Origin: a virus
Lineage: Duplodnaviria > Caudoviricetes
IMG/VR virus record: IMGVR_UViG_3300035135_001837
Span: 1-25,634 of that record
DNA: 25,634 bases
Direction: 5' to 3' (one strand)
Part shown: piece after piece, positions 1 through 7,225 of the stretch
How positions within the stretch are numbered: position 1 is the stretch's first letter
Layout: each line of letters begins with the position of its first letter
Program-made: the position numbers and the translations under genes
The notes under the pieces: generated by a model
What the model saw: only the letters and a program-made list of their open reading frames with translations
Databases searched by the model: none
Told to the model about the DNA's origin: nothing

Positions 1-333
1 GATATGCGTGGACTAGATGAATCTCCGCATATGATGTACGCTATGAATTGTCAACCTGGCGTAGAAGAAAGGATACCATCAATTATACACGTAGATGGTA
101 CATGTAGAATACAGACAGTAACAAGAGAACAGAATCCATTATACTATGACTACATTAATGAATTCTATAAACAGACAGGTGTTCCTATTATATTCAACAC
201 ATCATTTAACTTAGGTGGCGAACCACTAGTAGAAACTTTAGATGATGCATTTAGAACTCTTGCAAATAGTGATATTGAATATTTGTATATTGCGGAACAC
301 GGAATTTTAGCAAAGGTAGAAAATGTTAATTAA
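1..333 (+). CDS. Carbamoyltransferase (NodU/CmcH/TobZ family), C-terminal part; 5'-truncated by window edge
   Basis: Family motifs SPHMMY, IIHVDGTCRIQTV and TGVPIIFNTSFNLGGEPLVET. Frame is open from position 1. Confidence 0.92.
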   Translation, partial: DMRGLDESPHMMYAMNCQPGVEERIPSIIHVDGTCRIQTVTREQNPLYYDYINEFYKQTGVPIIFNTSFNLGGEPLVETLDDAFRTLANSDIEYLYIAEHGILAKVENVN

Positions 334-970
334 CGGCAAGGAAGCAAAAGATTTATCAGAATTTGATTTAGCAGAAGATCAAATGATTGTAATAGATGAC
401 TTATTCCCTCAATATGTTATCGAGCATGTTCATGATCAAGTTTTTAATACATACAGTTGGTTTTATGGACATACAAGCAACTATCCAGATGATCCAAGAA
501 CTGATGTAGGTGCAATACCAGATTGGCCGGAAGTCCCTGCACTCAAACAACAAATTTATCCTCCTAACAGTCCTAATGCACACGATGCATCTTGGAATAT
601 GATTTATAATGCAGTCGCACAAATGATTCCATTTGAATTAGAAATAGGAGAAATATTAGTTAACGGACAGCAATGGATACACAACACAGTTGAACATACT
701 GATTGTCAGTGCGACAACGGTATTAGTTGGATCTACTATGTGAACAGAGAATGGAAAGAAGAATGGGGCGGAGAAACTGTAATTCAATTAGACGGCGAAT
801 GGAAAAAAGTTTATCCTAAACCAGGACGTGTTTTCTTATTCAAAGGCAAAATTCCACACCACGGAAATCCACCCAACGATTCATACAAAGGACTAAGAGC
901 AACGCTTGTGTATAAAACCATGCGAGCGCAACCATTACCACCTAAACACCAACAACCTTGGAGAACGTAA
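323..970 (+). CDS. Fe(II)/2-oxoglutarate dioxygenase (prolyl-hydroxylase-like)
   Basis: HxD (EHTD), IYYVNxEWxxEWGGET, PKPGRVFLF, distal His (IPHHG) and Arg (LRATL). Confidence 0.88.
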   Translation: MLINGKEAKDLSEFDLAEDQMIVIDDLFPQYVIEHVHDQVFNTYSWFYGHTSNYPDDPRTDVGAIPDWPEVPALKQQIYPPNSPNAHDASWNMIYNAVAQMIPFELEIGEILVNGQQWIHNTVEHTDCQCDNGISWIYYVNREWKEEWGGETVIQLDGEWKKVYPKPGRVFLFKGKIPHHGNPPNDSYKGLRATLVYKTMRAQPLPPKHQQPWRT

Positions 971-1488
971 TGGAGCATCAAATGTGGAGTGTACCGTTCT
1001 TTATTGATACTGTTGATCTTGACAAAATAAAAGTTGAACATAAAGAGACAGAGCGTGTATGGTTAAGCCAAGTTGAATCTAGTTTTGGTAAAGAAAATAA
1101 TGTTCCTCCCGAAACTTTTGATTATCTAGTTTCGAGATTTTTAGAAATACTACCACAAGAACTAATAGGAATGAATCCTCGTTTTGGAGAAATATGGCGG
1201 AACAAATACGAAAAAAACGATTGGCAAGATATACACATACACCCTAAAAGTCAATGGAGTTTTATAATATATGAAACTGTAGAAACTGGTAAAACTGTTT
1301 TTATGAATCCACTTTACAAATTAATACAAAATCAAATAGGTACAGGACATCCTTGGTTTCCTTTAGATTTTAGACCAGAATGTAAAAAAGGTGATATAGT
1401 AATCTTTCCGAGCATGATTGAACATTTTGTTATGCCAGGCAACGAAGGAACTACACTATCTGGTAACATTTATATGGACTATGAATGA
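970..1488 (+). CDS. Putative Fe(II)/2OG oxygenase, HxH (TIGR02466-like) type
   Basis: WQDIHIHPKSQWSFIIY and GDIVIFPSMIEHFV. ATG at 970 overlaps the upstream TAA (TAATG) and is preferred over TTG at 958. Confidence 0.75.
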   Translation: MEHQMWSVPFFIDTVDLDKIKVEHKETERVWLSQVESSFGKENNVPPETFDYLVSRFLEILPQELIGMNPRFGEIWRNKYEKNDWQDIHIHPKSQWSFIIYETVETGKTVFMNPLYKLIQNQIGTGHPWFPLDFRPECKKGDIVIFPSMIEHFVMPGNEGTTLSGNIYMDYE

Positions 1489-2633
1489 AAGTTTTAGTAA
1501 TCGGTGATATAATACTAGACAAATACATTTATGGAACTAGTAGAAGAATTAGTCCAGAAGCACCTGTGCCTGTTGTAACTTTTACAGAAGAAAAAACTAC
1601 TATGGGCGGCGCGGCTCTTGTTTATGATAACCTAGTAAGTCTAGGAGTAGATGTTACTTTATGCAATACTGAGCAACCAAATAGTGTAAAAACAAGAGTA
1701 ATTTGTGATGGACATTACATAACACGTATAGACGACGATAAGCAAGCTGATGGTGATGCTGTTTTACAAATAGTAAAGAAATCAGATTTTACACCATACG
1801 ATTATGTCATCCTAAGTGATTATGACAAAGGCACATTAAGTAAAGCAGATAAAATTATTAGACATATTAACAAATTTGGATGTAAAGTAATTGTAGATCC
1901 AAAAACTGATATGTCAAAGTATAAAGATGCTTGGTTAGTAAAACCTAATGAAAAAGAAGAAAAAGAATATTTTAAAAATTGGAAAGGTAACATTATAACT
2001 ACAAGAGCAAGCGATAATGTTACTGCTAAAATTGAAGATAATAATTATAATATACCTGTAGAAACTGTTGAAGTTGCAGATGTTACAGGCGCTGGCGATT
2101 GTTTCCTAGCAGGATTTGTATACGGACTCACAAAAGAATATAGCTACAAAAAATGTTTAGAACTTGCTGTAAAAGGATCTACTGAAAGTGTAAAACATGC
2201 AGGAACATACATATTAAAAAAAGATGATGTAGAGAATACAGTTGTATTTACTAATGGAGTCTTTGATATACTACATATAGGCCATTTAAAGCTTCTTAGA
2301 CACGCTAAAACGCTTGGAAAACGTCTTGTAGTGGGTATTAACAGCGATAGTAGTGTAAAACGCTTAAAAGGCGATTTAAGACCCATAAACAATGAACAAA
2401 CCCGCAAGGAAAGCCTCTTAGAGCTTGGTTTTGTAGATGAAGTAATTGTGTTTGAAGAAGATACGCCTCTTGAAACAATTACCAAATTAGAGCCTGATAT
2501 TATAGTGAAAGGTGGTGATTATAACTTTGACACAGTCGTCGGAAATCATTTAGCAAAAGTTGTGATTTTCCCGACAGTAGAAGGGCATAGCACTACAAGG
2601 ATAATAAATGAAGATATTAATTACAGGACATAA
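1485..2633 (+). CDS. hldE: Bifunctional heptose-7-phosphate kinase / heptose-1-phosphate nucleotidyltransferase (HldE/RfaE)
   Basis: N-terminus GDIILDKYIYGxxxRISPEAPVPV, PfkB motif DVTGAGD, C-domain FTNGVFDILHIGH...GINSDSSVKRLKGxxRP, KGGDY, GHSTT. Confidence 0.95.
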   Translation: MKVLVIGDIILDKYIYGTSRRISPEAPVPVVTFTEEKTTMGGAALVYDNLVSLGVDVTLCNTEQPNSVKTRVICDGHYITRIDDDKQADGDAVLQIVKKSDFTPYDYVILSDYDKGTLSKADKIIRHINKFGCKVIVDPKTDMSKYKDAWLVKPNEKEEKEYFKNWKGNIITTRASDNVTAKIEDNNYNIPVETVEVADVTGAGDCFLAGFVYGLTKEYSYKKCLELAVKGSTESVKHAGTYILKKDDVENTVVFTNGVFDILHIGHLKLLRHAKTLGKRLVVGINSDSSVKRLKGDLRPINNEQTRKESLLELGFVDEVIVFEEDTPLETITKLEPDIIVKGGDYNFDTVVGNHLAKVVIFPTVEGHSTTRIINEDINYRT

Positions 2634-3417
2634 AGGGTTTATAGGACAAAATCTCATGTCCTATTTAGAAACAAAATACGAAGTTGCTGGATATGATTTC
2701 CATCCAGAAAACTTGCCTCTTGTTAAAGACTATGATTGGGTAATTCATTTAGGAGCCATTAGTTCAACTACTGAAACAGATGTAGATAAAGTTATATTAC
2801 ATAATTATGAATTTTCTAAGTGGTTGTTTAATCAATGTAATCAATATAATGTAAACATGCAATATGCTTCAAGTGCTAGTGTTTACGGAAGCACAACACA
2901 TTTCAAAGAAAATGGACCTAGTGATCCTAGAAGTCCATATGCATGGAGCAAGTATTTGTTTGATAGATGGGTGACTGGTATACATCCAAAAATTATATTC
3001 CAAGGATTTAGATATTTCAATGTGTATGGTCCTCATGAAGAACACAAAGAAAATCAAGCAAGCCCTATTACTAAATTTACTAAACAAGCAAAAGAAGAAG
3101 GTAAAATTACAATTTTTACAGATAGTGAAAACTACAAAAGAGATTTTGTATGTGTTAGTGATATATGTGAAATACATGAAAAAATGTTTGACGTAAAAGA
3201 AAAAGGTGTATATAATATAGGAACAGGTACAGCGATAAGTTTTAAGGATGTAGCAGATTTAATTGCACAAAAGCACAATGCAGAAATTAAATATATACCT
3301 ATGCCGGACAATTTGAAAAATCAATATCAAAAATTTACTTGCGCTAATCTTGAACGTTTAAGTACAGTTGTTAAACACAACTTTAAAACAGTAAAGGAAT
3401 ATATTAATGAGCACTAG
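2608..3417 (+). CDS. hldD: ADP-L-glycero-D-manno-heptose 6-epimerase (HldD/RfaD/GmhD)
   Basis: ITGxxGFIG, HLGAISST, YASSASVYG, YxxSK, FRYFNVYGPHEEHK, YQKFTCA; adjacent to hldE. Confidence 0.92.
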   Translation: MKILITGHKGFIGQNLMSYLETKYEVAGYDFHPENLPLVKDYDWVIHLGAISSTTETDVDKVILHNYEFSKWLFNQCNQYNVNMQYASSASVYGSTTHFKENGPSDPRSPYAWSKYLFDRWVTGIHPKIIFQGFRYFNVYGPHEEHKENQASPITKFTKQAKEEGKITIFTDSENYKRDFVCVSDICEIHEKMFDVKEKGVYNIGTGTAISFKDVADLIAQKHNAEIKYIPMPDNLKNQYQKFTCANLERLSTVVKHNFKTVKEYINEH

Positions 3418-3925
3418 TCTTTTTATTGTTGATGATTTTTTACCTAAGCCTGATATGGTTAGAGAACAGGTTGTAAACTTTGAATTTAATACAACTGGAG
3501 AATTTCCAGGAGTAAGATCTTTTGCGGCAGATGACGATTATCAGATGTATTGCAAAACAAGATTTGAAGATATAATGGGCGTAAAAATTACAGAATTTTT
3601 GATGGATAGTTTTTGCTGGCAGTTGTGCTACGAAGGTGCTGAAACTTGGATTCATAAAGATCCTAGCATGTGGGCAGGTGTTTTGTATCTTAATCCAGAT
3701 GCTCCTATAGAAGCAGGCACAGGATTATATAAAGAAGTAAAAGAACAGGAATTTGAATTAGTAGATGCTATAGGAAATATATACAATAGACTTATATTGT
3801 ATAGAGGAGATATACTTCACAGGAGTCTGTTATCAGGATTTGGTAATTGTAAACGCACAGGAAGACTAACACAAGTGTTCTTTTTCAATGTAAAAGACCA
3901 ACCCGCTGGAGGATGGGAAGGATGA
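3407..3925 (+). CDS. Fe(II)/2OG oxygenase-like protein (DUF6445-like)
   Basis: IVDDFL, FPGVRS, WIHKD, WAGVLYLNP, YNRLILYRGDILHRS, RLTQVFFF give an HxD...H...R arrangement. Confidence 0.78.
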   Translation: MSTSLFIVDDFLPKPDMVREQVVNFEFNTTGEFPGVRSFAADDDYQMYCKTRFEDIMGVKITEFLMDSFCWQLCYEGAETWIHKDPSMWAGVLYLNPDAPIEAGTGLYKEVKEQEFELVDAIGNIYNRLILYRGDILHRSLLSGFGNCKRTGRLTQVFFFNVKDQPAGGWEG

Positions 3926-4551
3926 TTGCAAATGGAAAAACATTAGGATTATGGCCTACTTGGGTTTATGAAGCACAAGTTGAAAAACACGATGAAATAT
4001 ATAAAGAGTTTTTGCCTTATTTAGATGACGAATCTAACTTTGACGAACCCTGGATATATGGTAGATGTAAAAGTAGTATTAGAAATAATAAGAATGATAC
4101 ATTTCCTTGGCAAACTTGGTTTGAAAATATAAGACCTTATACACAACAGCATTTTGATGATATGATGCCTGTGGTTCCTTTTAATATATCTTGTGAAGAA
4201 TTCTGGGTTAATATTTACAAACAACATGACTATCAAGAAATACACGATCATGCATTTCCTGGTAGAACTATTAGTGCTGTTTATATCTTAGAATTACCCG
4301 ATGGAGAAGACATAGGCGGAGAATTAGTACTAGATTGTCCTAACTACAACATAGTCCAATCATCCGGTACTGAAAGAATTTTTAATCAATGGCAATATCA
4401 ACGTTTTATTCCAGAACTACAACCAGGCAAATTAATACTATTTCCTAGTTGGATACCACATTATGTACTGCCTAATAAAACAGATAAACGTAGGGCAACT
4501 ATTGCCGCAAACTTTAAAATAGAGATAGCAGATGACAAAACTCAAGGGTGA
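3922..4551 (+). CDS. Fe(II)/2OG oxygenase, HxH (TIGR02466-like) type
   Basis: FWVNIY, YQEIHDH, ISAVY, GKLILFPSWIPHYVLPN, RATIAANF. Start placed at the ATGA overlap at 3922. Confidence 0.82.
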   Translation: MIANGKTLGLWPTWVYEAQVEKHDEIYKEFLPYLDDESNFDEPWIYGRCKSSIRNNKNDTFPWQTWFENIRPYTQQHFDDMMPVVPFNISCEEFWVNIYKQHDYQEIHDHAFPGRTISAVYILELPDGEDIGGELVLDCPNYNIVQSSGTERIFNQWQYQRFIPELQPGKLILFPSWIPHYVLPNKTDKRRATIAANFKIEIADDKTQG

Positions 4552-4894
4552 AGTAGAAAAAGGATGGGGTAGCGAAACTATATTTGCTACTAATGATTTG
4601 TATTGTGGCAAATTATTAAACTTCCATACAGGTGCAAAATTCAGTATGCATCTGCACAAAGACAAAGATGAAACTTGGTATGTGTTAAGTGGTAAATTTG
4701 TAGTAAAAACTATTGATACAAAAACTGCTGATGTAAATGCTACTTCTTTGAAAAAAGGAGATACATGGCATAATCCACCTATGCTACCACACCAATTGCT
4801 GTGTTTAGAAGAAGGTACTATTGTAGAAGTAAGCACACCTGATAGTGTGGAAGATAATTATAGGGTAGAAAAAGGAGATAGTCAAAATGTCTAA
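4532..4894 (+). CDS. Cupin-fold protein (sugar isomerase/epimerase-like)
   Basis: KGWGxE, FSMHLHKDKDETWYVLSG, PPMLPHQL and EVSTPD; complete His-His-Glu-His metal set. Confidence 0.85.
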   Translation: MTKLKGEVEKGWGSETIFATNDLYCGKLLNFHTGAKFSMHLHKDKDETWYVLSGKFVVKTIDTKTADVNATSLKKGDTWHNPPMLPHQLLCLEEGTIVEVSTPDSVEDNYRVEKGDSQNV

Positions 4895-5708
4895 AACACT
4901 TTTTATTGGATGCAGTCATACTATGGGCTATAGTGGTTTTATAGTTGCTGAAGATAAAAAACCTAATGTATGGGGCGAAAATAATTACGCAGAAATTTAT
5001 AGTAAAGAATTTCATAAAGATGTAATTATTATGGCTAGTGCAGGTGCAGGTAACAGTGCCTTTCCAAGATTTCTAGCACATGCATTCAAGACATATAATG
5101 ATATAGATGAAGTATTCATACAAAGCACTTATTGGGGGAGATTTCCTATAGTTATAAATCCTGATTTAGATGAAAAAGATATTTTTCCTTTAGATTTCTT
5201 TTTGCAAAAAGATAACTGTGATGAAAATATAGATAGATGGAGTATAAGTTTAAGCATAGATAACAAATACTTAGAGCATTATATTAAACCACAACCTCAA
5301 GACTGGGAAATTTTTAAATATAACAAAGATACAATACCTTGGATTTCAGAACCAGACACAAGGCGTAGTTCACACATGTACATGCAAATGTGGCATTATC
5401 AAAATACACATCTTATACAACAGGACTATTTTAAGGATATGGCATTGTGCGATATGCTATGTCATTATAATAATGTTCCTTTGTACGTATGGAATATAAA
5501 TGATAGATGTTATATTCCTAAGGAATCAACTAATTTTTATACAGAATTGCGTAATACAAAATTTTGCAACCAAGATGCAATTAGTTTTTTAGATAAAAAA
5601 TACAATAAAAATCATAAGAATGACACTCTCGACGGCGAACATTACTCAAAACACGTTCACGAGAAGATTGCTACAGACTATATATCTTATGTAAAGGATA
5701 TACAATGA
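4887..5708 (+). CDS. SGNH/GDSL-hydrolase-like protein
   Basis: Block I-like LFIGCSHTMG, block II-like AGAGN, C-terminal DxxH (DGEHY). Confidence 0.6.
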   Translation: MSKTLFIGCSHTMGYSGFIVAEDKKPNVWGENNYAEIYSKEFHKDVIIMASAGAGNSAFPRFLAHAFKTYNDIDEVFIQSTYWGRFPIVINPDLDEKDIFPLDFFLQKDNCDENIDRWSISLSIDNKYLEHYIKPQPQDWEIFKYNKDTIPWISEPDTRRSSHMYMQMWHYQNTHLIQQDYFKDMALCDMLCHYNNVPLYVWNINDRCYIPKESTNFYTELRNTKFCNQDAISFLDKKYNKNHKNDTLDGEHYSKHVHEKIATDYISYVKDIQ

Positions 5709-6283
5709 AAGACGACTACAACGGAATAGAAGAATATCCGCTTGCTTACGAAAAAGAATATTGTGAAGAAATAATCAAACACTTCGAAGTAATGGCCAGA
5801 AATGCAGTAACATACAAACAAGACAAACTTGAAGTGAATCAAGATGAACGTATTGTATTTGATTGGGCTCATACACAAAATCAATATCACTATGATTTCA
5901 AATTATGTGATTATTTCTACAAAAGATTACATGAAGTTTATACAACAGCCTATATGGAAAAATATCAAATGTTAAAGAACAGTGAGCAACATAGTCCTAA
6001 AGGCATGAGTATACAAAAATCAAAACCACATCAAGGATATCACGCTTGGCATGCTGAAGCCGCTGATATTGGTTCCTGTTCAAGAGTAATGAATTACATG
6101 TTGTATCTAAATGATGTAGAAGAAGGCGGCGAAACAGAATTCCTATATCAAGGAGTAAAACTTAAACCAGAAACAGGTAAGCTAGTCATCTTTCCAACAA
6201 GTTATATGTATCCTCACAGAGGCAATCCTATCTATAAAGGTGTTAAGTATATCATAACAGGTTGGTATACATATGATAGATAA
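5705..6283 (+). CDS. Fe(II)/2OG dioxygenase (prolyl 4-hydroxylase-like, cyanophage type)
   Basis: GYHAWHAE, YLNDVEEGGETEF, GKLVIFP, YPHRGNP, KYIITGW. Confidence 0.9.
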   Translation: MKDDYNGIEEYPLAYEKEYCEEIIKHFEVMARNAVTYKQDKLEVNQDERIVFDWAHTQNQYHYDFKLCDYFYKRLHEVYTTAYMEKYQMLKNSEQHSPKGMSIQKSKPHQGYHAWHAEAADIGSCSRVMNYMLYLNDVEEGGETEFLYQGVKLKPETGKLVIFPTSYMYPHRGNPIYKGVKYIITGWYTYDR

Positions 6284-6869
6284 GTATAAGGTTGCAAATG
6301 CGGCTCCTGCAATTCCTACAAAATGTGTGATAGGATTAGACAGAGACGGAGTAATTAACAAAGACATCGGCACATATGTGACTTCACCTAGTCAGTTTGA
6401 AGCAATTGACGGTAGCCTTGAAGCAATAGCACACATGAGAAGATTAGGGCATCGTATTGTTATCCTAACTAATCAAGGAGGTATAGCAAAAGGCCTAATG
6501 ACTAACGAACATGTAGAAAACGTACATGAACACATGTTAGACCTATTCGGGCAAGCAGGTTGTCCGAGTATTGAAGGAATCTACTACAGCGAAAGCAGTC
6601 AGAAAAACGATATGTATGCAAAACCAAATGCAGGTATGTTTAAAAGATGTGCAAAAGAAATTCCTGGAGTAAAGTGGTCACAAGGATTCTTTGTTGGTGA
6701 TAAAATGAGTGATCTACGTGCCGCTATTAAAGTAGGAGCAAGGCCTGTCTTAGTTAGAACCGGATATGGACTTGAAACAGAAAAACAGCTAAATAAGTAT
6801 ACATATAGGGACATTCGAAAGAAAACCTATATATTTGACGATTTAGCTGATTTTGCAAGCCAGCTTTAA
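6273..6869 (+). CDS. gmhB: D-glycero-D-manno-heptose 1,7-bisphosphate phosphatase (HAD IIIA, GmhB-like)
   Basis: LDRDGVIN, TNQGGIAKG, KPNAGM, VGDKMSDL, LVRTGYG; same cluster as hldE and hldD. Confidence 0.9.
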   Translation: MIDKYKVANAAPAIPTKCVIGLDRDGVINKDIGTYVTSPSQFEAIDGSLEAIAHMRRLGHRIVILTNQGGIAKGLMTNEHVENVHEHMLDLFGQAGCPSIEGIYYSESSQKNDMYAKPNAGMFKRCAKEIPGVKWSQGFFVGDKMSDLRAAIKVGARPVLVRTGYGLETEKQLNKYTYRDIRKKTYIFDDLADFASQL

Positions 6870-6883
6870 TAGGAGAAAAATAT

Positions 6884-7216
6884 ATGCCATACGCAGTTAA
6901 AAAACCGCATCCTACAAGGGAAAACGTAATGCTTTATCATACATGGGATCCTGATGGTGACGGTTACGAAGAAATTAGAAAATTCCCAGATGAAGCAAAA
7001 GCAAATGAATTTGCGGCAAATCATGCAGGTGCAATAGTAGTAGAAATTGGGTATGAAATTGATCAAACAGATGAAATGATTGCTGATAGATATGCTCAAT
7101 CTATTGATCCTACAAAATCACAAGGCAGTGTCACACTTTCAACAAACACTGATCAAGATCATAAGTTCGAGCCAGGTGTAATTACAGCATTTACCGCACA
7201 CGGTATTTTAGGTTAA
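6884..7216 (+). CDS. Hypothetical protein
   Basis: 110-aa ORF with an AGGAG RBS at 6871-6875; fills the gap between neighbours. Confidence 0.75.
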   Translation: MPYAVKKPHPTRENVMLYHTWDPDGDGYEEIRKFPDEAKANEFAANHAGAIVVEIGYEIDQTDEMIADRYAQSIDPTKSQGSVTLSTNTDQDHKFEPGVITAFTAHGILG

Positions 7217-7225
7217 GGATAACCT

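Noticed and set aside
323-6283. TET/JBP or AlkB assignment for the oxygenases
   Set aside because: Motifs match prolyl-hydroxylase-like and TIGR02466-like types; no DNA methyltransferase nearby.
1485-6869. Bacterial chromosomal LPS locus or host-phage chimera
   Set aside because: Genes are compact, interleaved with phage-type oxygenases and continuous with virion genes; no junction, integrase, att site or waa genes are evident.
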